Assembly (NCBI GenBank): GCA_964016885.1
Contig: OZ024740.1
Span: 240,746,001 to 240,810,000, forward strand
Direction of reading: 5' to 3'
Length of the DNA: 64,000 nucleotides
From: Eledone cirrhosa
Lineage: Eukaryota
The translations under genes and the position numbers were made by a program. Below, in pieces: positions 24,470 through 36,993 of this stretch (positions are counted from its first letter, which is position 1; the number at the start of each line of letters is the position of its first letter). The notes beneath the pieces were generated by a model. It saw only the letters and a program-made list of their open reading frames with translations. It was not told where the DNA came from and ran no database searches.

Positions 24470-26245
24470 CATATAAGGGTTAGGCATGATTAGAGAGGTA
24501 CCATAGGAGCGTGTATGGAGTATGCAAGTTGGACATGGATGAAGTGAATGGTGTATTTAGTCGGTGAAGGCAAGGATATTAAGATTAGGGATAGTGAATA
24601 GGGGAAGAAGAGGGAAACACTAGTTTCCTCTACATGTTTTATCCTATGCATATTGGAAGGCGGGTCTTCTGCAGTACAGCATAATGCCAGAAATCTTGAT
24701 CTTGTGTCATCTCCTATGAGAGGTTTAATTGTGCAAGATCAACTTTTATCACTTCAACCTAAGCTTTCCTAGGTCTTCCTCTTCCACAGCTTCCATCAAC
24801 TTTGAGTGCCTTGCATCTTTTTACACAGCAGTCATCCTTCATAAGCATCACATGTCCATACAATTGCAATCTCCTTTCCTCCACACTGCACCTGATCCCA
24901 GTTTCTCTCTTAGTTTATTTACACTTCATTGTTTATGCACACTACTATTACACATTTATTGAAGTATACAAACTTCATTTCTTTCCAATCTTGCAGCTCC
25001 TTTGTGAATAGTGCCCAGATATCACTTTGATGCAGCATTGCTGTTCATACACAAGCATCATATGACCTGCCTTTCATTTTGAGGGAAAACACATTATAGT
25101 TAGCAGTGGTGGTAGCTCCCTTAACCTTTTCCATCCTGTTTTCACTCTGGCTACTATACTTTCAGAACACCCACCTTCACTGCTAATTTGGTCACCCAGG
25201 TAACAGAAGCTATCAACTACTTCTACAGAGCCCTCTAAGCATTTAATAGAGCTTGTTTCCTGTAAGCTCATGTTGCTTACTGCTCCTGTGAATCTACCAC
25301 ATATAAAAACTATGTTCTTTGCTAGTCTGCCTGAAATCCCACTACGTCTCTTGTGTACTCATAGTTGGCATTTGGGACATAGAATAGAATTTGTACCTAT
25401 TCCTTTCCCTGAAAGGATCAAGGTTCTGTTTTTCTTTCTACCTACTAGAACTTTAGTCTGCTATGTTTACTTTAAGGCCTTTCGATTCCAAGTTATGCTT
25501 CAGGTCAGGAATTTTTTTTCTAATTCTACCATGGATTCAACATATAGGAGATTCCATGAGCAGCTAGTTTTGAATTTCGTTATGGCTTGCAGGATCATAA
25601 TAAACAGGAGGGGGCTAGGAACAAACCCCTGATGGTCGCCCAGTTGCACCCTAAATTTCTCAATGTAATCATTGTTAATTTTAACATTGCTGACTGACCC
25701 TCTGTACATGGCTTGAACTTCCCTCATAAGCCACTCATCTACCCATAGTCTTCTAAGAGCCCATCAGATTATAGAACAGGGGACTCTAAAAGCTTTCTCC
25801 AAGTCAACAAATATTTTTAGCTAGGTACTAAGCTAGGCATGCTCTCCCATAATGGTGCTGAAATGGCCAAAAGCTCTTTGACCACCCAGTAAGGTGCTCA
25901 TGCTGGTGACATGACAAAAAAAAGCACCCAGCCCAACCTGTAAGGTGATGGTGTTGGTGACAATAAAAAGCACCCAGACCACCCTGTTAAGTGGTGTTGA
26001 TGACATGACAAAAAACACCTAGTCCTCCCTGTAAGGTGGTCATATTGATGACATGATAAAAAGCACCCAGTCAACACTGGGTTGGTATTAGGAAGAGCAT
26101 CTAGCAATAGAAACCAAACCAGAAACAGTTCTGTATAAGCAAAACATGGTCACCTGATCTGACTTGTGTCACAACGGAATGACTTATCTAACCCATGCTA
26201 GTGTGGAAAAATGTGTGTCAAACGATGATGATGGTGATGATGATT
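24470..26245. mobile_element. RTE LINE with internal inversion: ORF part on - (24470-25830), 3' tail on + (25835-26245)
   Basis: VVDSFCYLGDQ and SPLLF on minus strand; tail repeats and (GAT)n on plus strand. Confidence 0.75.
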
Positions 26246-26322
26246 ATATATATATATATATGTTGTTGATTATATATATATATATATATAGTTGTCTGAT
26301 AGATATTTATTCTATTATAATG

Positions 26323-26667
26323 TAGGCACATGGCTTAGTGGTTAGAGCATTGGCCTTGCAATCGAAAGGTTGTGAGTTCAATTCTCAGACCGGGTGATGT
26401 GTTGTTTCCTTGAGCAAGACACTTTATTTCACATTGCTCCAGTTTACTCAGCTGTAGAAATGAGATGATAGGACTGGAGTCCATATCATTCCACTGCAAA
26501 GTGGTCGTGGAGGTGCCACGGCAAAAAAGCACCAGCACTCACTGTAAATGAGGTTGGTGTTAGGAAGGGCATCCAGCTGTAGAAATCAAGCCAGAATCAA
26601 TTCCCGTCCCACCCTTGCAAGCAGGGAAAAGCGGACGTAAAATGATGATGATGATGATGATGATGAT
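26323..26667 (+). mobile_element. Family B CORE-type SINE
   Basis: Closely similar to 13724-14108. Confidence 0.85.
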
Positions 26668-27868
26668 ATATATATATATATATGTGGTTATATTGGGGTT
26701 TACCAATATAGATCCTGGTAAAGATAGCTCTATGCTATCCAGTTTCCTTGATACAGCAGTAATTTAAAATTGGCTGAGGATGTTCTCAGCCATTGTAGAT
26801 TCTGTTGTAGACTGTTAGAGTTTGTTTTGATGGCAAAAACATGTGCGTCACTATAGCTTGTTGCTGGATTAAAAGGAATATGTTAGAGGAAAATATAATA
26901 GTAAATACAAAGCCACTTTCCATCTAGATGCAGGGTAAATTTGTATTTAATTATTTACCTACAATAACTATCTTCAGTTATGGTAGATTAAATTAAAAAC
27001 ATTTACAATTATTGTAATATGTATATTTTTATACAGACTTTTACTGAACATTCTTATAAATCTATCTAAGTCCCCCCAAAATAATTGTTTAATTATCTCT
27101 CTATATTTATTGATATCTCAATGTATTCTATTATAATATTTTTAAACGCCTAACGCATAATTGACTAAATACTGTCCTTTTTTTGTCAATATGCAAATTA
27201 AAAATCTAATGTAATTTTAATCATATATCTGTTAATGTATGGATGCACAGAAGTATTACATTTTGATATTCTGTCTTGAACACCGCTTCTGTTTTGCTGT
27301 TGCTTTTGAATGTGCTTGTAATTTGCAATATATTAATTGATATGGTATGGACCTCATCTATGGTGTGAAGGTATCTCTTGTATGTATTACTCTTGAAACT
27401 TATAACAATATATAAATTCCTGAAGATATATAGAGCGATGGATAGATACTTCGTATATTTCGTGGTATGCCCGTCGCTATACATTGAAACACATTAGAAT
27501 TAAAATTATGTTTTAAGTGTAACTTGGTTATTCTCTCTCCTTATCTATCTATCTATATATATATAAATAAAAAAATATATATATATATTTATATATGAAG
27601 GATTCCTTGTAATGAATCCACAGAATTGGTATATAATTTTAGTTGTCTGATAGTCGAGCCATTATTAAACTGAATCATTATAAAAACAAATATATCTTTG
27701 AAAGAATATGTTCTTCCATTTTTATGTTCAACATAAAAAATGATTACCCCAGCTAGCATCATGAAGGGCATCTGACTGCAAAACATTGTCTCAAAATATC
27801 CCATCTAGCATGGAAAAGTGGAGGTGAAAACAATGGTGATGAAAAAAAAACCCATGATGATTACGTAC

Positions 27869-27915
27869 TTGACAACCTCTTCCTGTGGCTTGACACATTT
27901 CAATTGTTTATCACT
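27869..27915 (-). CDS. CFAP418: CFAP418 exon 3 (SDKQLKCVKPQEEVV)
   Basis: tatag acceptor, gtacgt donor; 47 nt restores phase between exons 2 and 4; sequence itself poorly conserved. Confidence 0.7.
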
Positions 27916-29349
27916 CTATAATAAAATCAAAAGGATATTAGAGCACACTTGTAGAATGTCATAGAAGCATAGTAGCTGGTCCCAACTTTACCACAAACAT
28001 GACGTTAATTGCAGGAGATATTTTGCTTCTTAAATGTGTCTAGCATTAAAACCAGATATCATTCTGACTTAAGGGATGAGTGATTTGTAAAAATTATCTG
28101 AACCAACAGGTCATAAAAATATAAACTTTCAGAATTATCTAACATGTATCAGCGAACGAAAAAAAAAAAAAAAAAAATCCCACCTATTAAAGGAGATAAA
28201 ACATTTATTTCAGTGTTTATGGTATATGATAAATTAAGCTGTACTAAAATAATTTATACTGAAGTCATTGAATTAAAAAGAAATTATTATATTATTCAAA
28301 AGACAATTGATAAGTAAACAGAGTTATAGATGGCCAAGTTGTTTGGGTAATAATGTTCAAAACACTTAGCCTATGATGGTTAAGTCCAACTAGCTGTATG
28401 TAGGTGCCAAAGAGTACAACGTTTCACCAATGTAAAAAGCATAATCACTGTAGAATTGAAAAATAATTTTGTTTGCTTACAGTGTTGAGGTTAACACCTT
28501 CCAAAGAAATTTATCTGCAATAATCTGCTACCCTATCAAAGGTTGTTTTATTTTTCAATCTCTTAAAACGACAGAAGCTGGGATTAAGTACTGGCCCAAC
28601 AGACCTTAGAGTTTTGTGAAAAGAATTACTTAAAAATTAAATCAGTGAATGATGTAAAATGTTTGTTGTATACTAGAATCTTTCCTTTCTGATCTAGAAT
28701 GAATTATTTTTGTTATTAAACTATGATGTCTTTCTTTTGTCCTATTAAAAAAATATTTCCTAAAAATAAAGCAACCTGTCTGTTACTTGGAAATATTATT
28801 AAAAACATAATTATTTCTAATATTCTAATATTTTATTACTTAGTTAGGGGCAGGGGCAGTGCTCGTAATGGCTCATGGGCCTTCAAGTTTGTGGTGAGCG
28901 AGGGAAGAAGGTATCCTTCAACTGAACAACTGATCCAAATGCTTGAAACAGAATCGACTCAACTAAATATTCAGATAAACCAAGTGACTGATTAAGTCAC
29001 CCACCAAAGCAGGCCCCAGTGGATCTGGAACAAATAAGGTAGCCTATCTGATACTCTAACAACTCCACCAATTCTCTACCCTCATAGCAGGATGAAAGGT
29101 TTTGAACTCAGAATGCAAGAAGCCTGGAACAAATACTGCAAAGCATTTTGCCCGATGCTCTGACAATTGTGCCAAGCTACTTGTTATATAAACATGTAAT
29201 GAGCAAAGGGTATTCCAAATGACTTGGTCATAATTATCTGTGACATACCTGCCCAAAATGATGAAAGAAAACTGCCGAGGTATAATAACTATAAGGGACA
29301 TTTTCAAAAGAACAGAATTACTTGGTAGTAAACAATTTGTGTCACTCAC

Positions 29350-29422
29350 CTTGTAATCTTTAATATCATCAGTTTCTGCAAGTAAATCATCTAGTTCATC
29401 AACAACAGAAACATTGGAAACA
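29350..29422 (-). CDS. CFAP418: CFAP418 exon 2 (VSNVSVVDELDDLLAETDDIKDYK)
   Basis: ttttacag acceptor, gtgagt donor, phase-compatible; second acidic LDxL motif. Confidence 0.85.
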
Positions 29423-29529
29423 CTGTAAAAAGAACCCACATTTTTATTATTGATATGTAATGTAAATCAAGGGTAAAAGCTAACTAATCATATATGGAAT
29501 GAAACAGCAACCTTATAAATATTATATAT

Positions 29530-30600
29530 ATCATCATCATCGTCATCATTTTATGTTCACTGTTCCAAGCTTGCATGGATTGCTCAGGTTTTGTTCAGCA
29601 AAGCACCTCTTCACTTGTGTTGCTTCATCAGCTCTGCTGTAAGCTTCAGTGATTTGAAATCAACTCTCACTGCTTCTGCACAGGTCTTCCTCTATGATAG
29701 CTTCCCTCCACTAGAATTCCTTGGCCATTCTTTTCCCAGTGATCGTCATCCATGCGCACACATGTCCATACCATCGCAGTTTCCTCTCTTGCACACTACA
29801 TCTGTTTCCTCTTATACCCAGTTTCTCTCTCAGTTCATTCATGCTTTGTTGTTCTCACATTAACATTGCACATCCATCGAAGCATGCTTCATTTTTCTCC
29901 AGCCTTCATATATCTTTTGAGTTCACTGCCGATGTATTACTACTATGCAACTTTGCACTTTGCACACAGGTGTCATACAACCAACCTTTTGTTCATAAGG
30001 AGAGGCTTTTTGTTGTAATCAGAATTAGTAGTTCCTTGAAATTTATCTATCTATATTCTAGCTAATATACTTTCAGAGCAACCTCCCCCACTGCTAACTA
30101 TATCATCTAGATATCAGAAGCTATCAACTACTTCTATGGATCCTTCTTGGGATTGGAAAAAGGTTTATATCAATGGTACTCTTATTGTCAATTGACCCTG
30201 AACATCTACTACATACAAAGTCCACTTTTTCTGTTAGTCAGCCTGCTATCCCACTACACCCCTTGTGTACTTAAGATTTGCATTGTGTACATTATATAGA
30301 GTTTATGTTTACTACTTTTCTACATATTGAGCAAGGCCTCTTTCCTGATAGGATCAGGGTCCTATCTTCTATTCTACTTATTAACACTTTGGTTTTTACT
30401 AAGTAGGATAGCAGGCTGACTAAACAAAAAGAATAGCTGGCAGTAAGAGCATTGGTGAAATAAATTTTTTCCAATCTCAGTGAGATTGGTCGATAGCTAT
30501 CCACTACACCTTGTGTACCCAAGATTTACATTGTGTAAATTGTATAGAGTTTCTACTACTCTTTTTCTACATGTTTTCTTTTCTACTTACTAAAAATTTA
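29530..30600 (-). mobile_element. Degraded RTE LINE 3' part
   Basis: KTKVLIS...SGKRPCSICRK and C-terminal remnants; (GAT)n tail near 29530. Confidence 0.75.
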
Positions 30601-30699
30601 TACAAGCATGGAAAAATAGATGTTAAACGGTGATAATGATGTGTGTGTTTGTGTGTGAATGTCTGCATATCTATAAACTAATACACATATTTATGAAAG

Positions 30700-31990
30700 T
30701 GACAGAACGAATTCTAGCACAACTAATGAGGGAAAAAGTCAGATTAGATTAGATGCAATTTGGTTTTATGCCTGGGAGGAGCACCACAGATGTCTTCTTT
30801 TTAGTAAGACTACTACAAGAGAAGCTTTTAGTTAAGAGTAAACCTCTGTATCTAGAAAAAGCCTTTGACAGAGTACACTGATGTATCATCTGGTGGTCCT
30901 GAAGGAAACTAGGTGTAGTAGAGTGTCTTGTGAGAGCAGTGCAAGCCATGTATAGAGGAGCTGTTAATAAATTTAGAGTAGAAGTGAATTTAGGGAGGAA
31001 TTCAAGGTACAAGTAGGAGTGTATCAGGGTTCAGTTCTTAGCCCACTTTTGTTTATCATAGTCCTTCAGGCCATATGAGAGGAGTTTAAGATGGGGTGTC
31101 CGTGGGAACTTCTGTACAGTGATGATCTGGTCCTCATAACTGAATCTGTGGAAGAACTAGAGAATAAATTCCAGCTGTGGAAACAGAACTCAGAATAAAA
31201 AGGGCTGAGAGTAAACAGCAAAAACCAAAGTGTTAATAAGTAGGAAAGAATATAGGACCCAGATCCCACCAGGAAAGTGGCCTTGCTCAATGTATAGAAA
31301 AGGTGCAGGCATAAACTCTGTATGATGAACACAATGTAATCTTGGGTACACAAGATGTGATGGGATAGCAGGCTGACTAACAGAAAAGGTGGACTTTGTA
31401 TGTACCAGATGCATAAAGATAGTTGGCAGTAAGAGTATCAGGACCAATAAAAGTGCAACCATGGTGATATAATTAGCAGAGAAGGAGCATGCTCTGAAAG
31501 CATATTAGCTAGAAGATAGGGGAATATAAATTTTAAGGAGCTACTATCTCTGTTTACAACAAAAGGCTTGTCTCTATGAATGAAATGCCAGTTGTATGAT
31601 GCCTGTGTGTGCTGTTGTTACATGGTAGTGAGACATGGGCAGTGAATGTAGAGGACATGCAAAAACTAGAGAGAAAGGAAGCGAGCATGCTCCACTGGAT
31701 AAGCAATGTTAATATACGTGAACAACAAAGTATGGATGGGCTGAGAGCAAAGCTGGGCTTAAGAGAAATCACATGTAGAGTGCAAAAGTGAAGATTATGA
31801 TGGTATGGACATGTGGTGTGTATGGATAATGATCAGTAGGTGAAGAAGAACTAAGAAATGCCTGTAGAGGGAAATAGACTGAACTTTACAGAGATGACAA
31901 AGGACAGAAACAAGTAGAGGGAAACTGTGCTGGAAAAGACTCACCCAACACATGCAAGCATGGGAAAGCAAATGTAAAACGATGATTTAA
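30700..31990 (+). mobile_element. Degraded RTE LINE, head-to-head with the previous copy
   Basis: MQFGFMPG, LEKAFD, LLYSDD, LHGSETWA remnants; 3' tail near 31950-31985. Confidence 0.8.
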
Positions 31991-32496
31991 ACACAGACAT
32001 ATATATATATAATATTATTATTGAGAAATTGAAAATACAACTTTTTACGGTGTGGAGAGTAATTGGACAGTGTGCATGTGTGTAGGACATTAGTTAAACG
32101 TAACACATCTTATTCATCTAAATAGAGGCATATTATTTCAAAAGCTCCATACATGTGCGTGTACACAATTTTAAAGATCCCGCTTTAGGGTGATGAAATT
32201 GTTTGCTTAAACCTTTAATCTGTGCTAATAATAAATATTTGCTCTCTATATATTCATATATCGAATCCTCTCTGGGTTTTGCTCTTTGTATTTATTGTTA
32301 CTACACACACACATATCTATCTAGCGATGTCATACAAACATTGATCAAGTTTCTGCTTTTTATTTGAGTTATTTCCCTTAGTTCATTTTAATAATAATTT
32401 TTGATGTTTTCATTTAGTATGCGATTTCAATTTAACTATACAGAAATAAATGATTCGTATATTATTATCACAAAAATATACACTCTAACCACCTAC

Positions 32497-32579
32497 CAGT
32501 GATTTTGACGTTTAACTTGCGAACCGAATGCTTTTTCAACTTCGTTCAACAAATCTTCTATATCGTCGTCGTCTTCCAT
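32497..32579 (-). CDS. CFAP418: CFAP418/C8orf37 exon 1 (MEDDDDIEDLLNEVEKAFGSQVKRQNH)
   Basis: ATG at 32579, gtaggt donor; resembles C8orf37 N-terminus DLDELLDEVE. Confidence 0.88.
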
Positions 32580-32581
32580 GT

Positions 32582-32648
32582 TGTTTACAGTTAGCAACAG
32601 CAGAAACGCAAAACACAGATTTTGATTGGTGAAAATAGTATTCACGTG
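32582..32648 (-). promoter_or_regulatory. Candidate CFAP418 proximal regulatory cluster: forkhead site, RFX half-site, CCAAT box, E-box
   Basis: TGTTTAC 32582-32588, TAGCAAC 32592-32598, ATTGG 32625-32629, CACGTG 32643-32648, all just upstream of the ATG of a ciliary gene. Confidence 0.45.
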
Positions 32649-32793
32649 TTATTAGTTGAGTGTTGATAGTAATTGTGTCAATAACAATTATCTTCACCTG
32701 TTGTTATTCCAGTCTGACAACAAGTTAAGACTGGAATAAATATTTTATGATTTTACGGTCGAAAGAACATATAATTTTACGCCACACAGTCAG

Positions 32794-32857
<64 letters not shown>

Positions 32858-33290
32858 TCCGAATGCTGAAGTCCTTTAAGTTTTAAAATCCATATATCTC
32901 ATTCTGTAGTCATCATATGTAACGTTGATTTCACATACAAAAGGCTAAATATTAAATGGCAATGTTATAACTGATTGTTGAACGAGTGTTTGCGTTTATC
33001 TATATACCTTTATCTATATAATCTGCATACATATACACACGAACCAACGATTATTTTTACGTAGTTGCTCGGCCTGCTAAATATATATGTATGGATCCAC
33101 AACTCATGATGTTGTAGAGACATACATCGTGTCTTGGACATTTTAAACCTGGCGAAGCCCATCCTCTTTTTAGGTCGGAACACAGCTGGTTATTTCCGTA
33201 TAAGGAGAGAGAGAGAGAGGAAGTGAGAAAGCGATGTAGAGGAAGAATTGACCTCAGTACAGAACTGATACTTTTTTTTATCGATCGATG

Positions 33291-33762
33291 TGTAGCGACG
33301 TGGTTAGTCAGTCTGGTCACTACTTCCGATCAGATCCGAGAATAGCCCTTAAAAGGACTGTTATCGCATACGGTCTGATAGCCCTTAAAAGAACTGTTGT
33401 CACATACGGTAAGGATGAACGGACGAAAGCACAAGTTGAAAGGACGAAGCAAGGCGAGAGATGTAATTTCGATCAGCTATTTATTTTCACATGAAGCGCC
33501 GATACAAGGTACAAGGCGTGTGTGAGTGACAAGCGTGGCAGAGGCGAGGAACAACGATACGCGGGTTGACTCTGCCAAATGTCGACTGGTGAAAGTGTTT
33601 GGAATCACTCTATTTATACAGAAATAATCGTTTGATGTTTAGTCGCTGCGTAGGTGTTTATTCTGATGGATTTTAAGGGTTTGTTTGTTTCATGGTGAGG
33701 TAGCTAGCTAACAGGTAGATGTAGCTGTATATTTCACAGATGTTATTTCCGGTGGCTGTACA
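33291..33762 (-). repeat. 3' LTR of the Gypsy element; PPT-like AGCAGGGGA at about 33767-33775
   Basis: Direct repeat of 38589-39072 with scattered substitutions and a short indel. Confidence 0.93.
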
Positions 33763-34695
33763 TTAGTCCCCTGCTAGATCTTTTGTACAACAAAAGAGCG
33801 AAAAATCGTATAGTAACGGGCCAGTGGTGCATTTGTCATGACAATAGCCCAAGGAGTGTCCAGCACGTTGTGAAATTTTGTGATCATCGAGTGTAGGACA
33901 GAGTCGATGTAGAGATGATATGGCAAGATGTGTGTGTCAGGAAGAGAAAAAGAAATAAACTATAAAATGACTTTGACCAGATTTATGCAGGCGTGATGAA
34001 TGAGCCTGTTGCAATTTGGGTTGAGCTGCCTGTGAATTGCGTGACAAAAAGTCTAACCGAGCAGTGAAGATAACCGTAATGTGTGAACTGAATGGCTGTA
34101 AGCATGCTGCCTAAAAGTAACAGTTTGCTCCACAGCATTTGGCTTGAGCGAATGCATGTGGTAAAAAAAATAGCGAGGCATTCTCGAGCTATTGAGTGAA
34201 TGTGTACGTGAAAAAAGAAGGCCAGTGTTTTGAGGATGCGATTTGTGAAATGCGTGATCAAAGAGAAAACTTTTGTAGTGTAAGAGTTAGAGGGACACAA
34301 ATATCTATTGCTCAGTGTATGAACCAAAAGGTGAAACAAACGTGGTTTTGTAGTGTGTATGAAAAACAGAATATATACACGCCTTGTATGTATATAAAAA
34401 GTATGGCAATTACACAATCAATGTTGCAGAACAATAAAAATAAAATTTTTTGCAAAACAAGAGAGAGAAGGAAAAAAAAAATGTTATACACAATGCTATA
34501 CACAATGTTTGTTCTTAAATAGTGTTTGTAATAGATAATGTTCATAATAAATAATGTCTTCGTGACATGAGCACATGGTCACTAAAAATTGCAATTGTTC
34601 AAGCAGAAAGTTCATTGTATTTGAAACTGGAAATAGTAAACACAAGGGAAATGGGAATGTTTTGCAAGAAGAATGATTAAGAAATTCACTTGAGG

Positions 34696-36563
34696 TTAAC
34701 GGTAATTCACACATTGTGCCAACTTGGCGGGCCAATGGACACGTCGTCCACTTCTCGTGACTGGAGATGAAACAGGTGGCTTGCTGGGACAGCAATCTGT
34801 TGGAGTTTCTGGTGTAGAGACTGTAACAGTATCCATGATGGCTTTTTTTAATCTGTCCACGCTGACAGAATTCTGTTTACCATCTAGATCGAGAATAAAA
34901 TATTTCGGATATTTTTTTAGAACACGATGAGGGCCAGAATATGGAGGTCGAAGATGAGCTGAGATGGTGTCGTTTCGAACGAAAACGTGTGTCCAATCTT
35001 TAATGTCTGAAGGGACGTGTGTGGCCGTGTTCTGTTGACGGGTGCTTGCAGGAGCAAGGTGAGACATATATTGTCGAAGACGGTGTACGTATGATCCTGG
35101 GTCTGGAACATCCTGAGGAGAGATGGGAGCACCCATCTGACCAGGTAGAACCAGGGTGGTGCCGTACACTAATTCTGCAGGTGTGTGTCCGAATTCCTCC
35201 TTAACGGTGGATCGAATGCCCAGAAAGATGAGTGGCAGGTATTCAAACCAGTGGGTCTTGTCTGGATATGCTTTTATTGCAGCTTTCGATTGGCGATGGA
35301 ATCTTTCCACGAGACAATTAGCTTGCGGGTGATAAGCTGTCGTGCGGATGTGTTTACATCCTAACAGGCGAGTCAGTTCCCCGAAGAGGTGGGAGTCAAA
35401 CTGGTGTCCTCTGTCCATTGTTATCTTCGCTGGGGAGCCATAACGTGATACCCAGTGTAAAACCAAAGTTTTAGCAACTGTTTCCGCTGAGGTATCATTT
35501 ATGGGAAAAGCCTCAGGCCAACGGGAAAATCGATCTATGCAGGTGAGCAAGTGTGTGTAGTTCTGTGATGGTGGTAGAGGCCCGACGATGTCGATATGCA
35601 CATGATGAAAACGTGCATCAGGTTGCGCTAATGTGCCGAGTGGTATTTTGATGTGTCTGTGAACTTTTGCTTTCTGGCAGGCAATGCAGCTCCTGGACCA
35701 GTCACGCACGTCCTTGTTAATGTTAGTCCACACAAAACGAGCAGAGATGAGTTTCTGTGTAGCCCGGATTCCCGGGTGAGACAAGCAGTGTAAAGCAGAA
35801 GAACTTGTCGACGATGCATCTGTGGTACGTAAGGTCGTTCATGACCGGTAGAAAGGTCGCACCAAATTTGTCCCGGAGAAGAAGGAATGGGAACTTGCTG
35901 AAACTTGAGGGATGGTGAATCTCGGAGCTTGATAAACTCTTCGTCAGTCTCTTGGTCAGCTGCGATCTGTTGAAGGTCGATGCCTGAATGCACATGTATT
36001 GCGTTCAGCTGGATTCGGGACAGGGCGTCGGCTGCTACGTTGTCTGATCCCTTGATATGCCGAATATCAGTTGAATATTGGGAGACAAAATCCAGGTATC
36101 GGAGTTCTCTCGGTGAATGTCGATCAGGTTTGGTACGGAACGCATAAACTAGTGGTTTATGGTCCGTGTAGATCACGAAATCCGACCCTTCGAGCATATG
36201 CCGAAAATGCTGAACCGAAAGGTAGGTTGCCAAGAGTTCGCGGCCAAATGTACTGTATTTCTTTTCTGCAGGTTGCAACCGCTTAGAAAAGAAGGATAAG
36301 GGTTGCCAAACGCCGTCGACATGTTGTTGTAAAACACCTCCAACCCCCGTGTCTGATGCGTCCACTAGCAGCGAAAGAGGAGCGCCAGACCTGGGGAAAA
36401 CAAGCATGGAAGCGTTTGCCAACATTTCCTTCAGGCGGTTAAAAGATGTTAATTCTTCCTCGTTTCGAGTGATCTCTTCGTTTTTGCGAGTCCGGTTACG
36501 AAGAAGGTCCGTGAGGAGTCTGGCTGTGTCGGAACAATGAGGGATGAAACGCCTATAAAAATT
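34696..36563 (-). pseudogene. Gypsy RNase H-integrase region with a frameshift near 35800
   Basis: ORFs 35628-36425 and 34696-35784 overlap in different frames; HPGIRAT...CIACQ zinc finger, [15 protein letters not shown]. Confidence 0.9.
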
Positions 36564-36974
36564 TGTAGTGACCTACATTCCGCGGGCTCACATACATTCT
36601 CTGTGCGTGGTTTGGCTCAGCTCAGCCAATCAGCGCCAGTAGAAGAGGATGTATCCCTACGCGTCCTGAGAGAGAAATTACCCGCAAAGATTTGAGGGAT
36701 CTCTCTCTTGCAACTCGACCGCACAAAGGTAAACAACTATTTTTCTTTCGCCGTGAAATCACTAGCCAATATGTAACACAACAATTTAACCACGGCCTGG
36801 CAACACCTAACAGCCAGTAGCCCGTGTCTTTCTGAAATCTTAATTCGTTTGTTTTATTTCTCTTGGCATGCCAGCTCAACATTTGTTAATAAATAATGTA
36901 AAACATGCTAAAGTCGTTGTCCATATTCCTATCATATCTTTCTACCAAAGGTGGTTCCTCGTGGCAACATTACA
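36564..36974 (+). mobile_element. Unrelated solo-LTR-like insert inside Gypsy pol
   Basis: TGTAGTG...CATTACA termini, CCAAT boxes, AATAAA near 36888; no similarity to the host LTR. Confidence 0.7.
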
Positions 36975-36993
36975 ACCTCTAAATACTTTTCTG

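Noticed and set aside
27221-27484. 87-aa minus-strand ORF in a CFAP418 intron
   Set aside because: No recognisable domain, and not needed for the phase-consistent gene model
33983-34545. Possible env or extra ORF between integrase and the 3' LTR
   Set aside because: Short overlapping ORFs with no recognisable motifs; treated as 3' UTR
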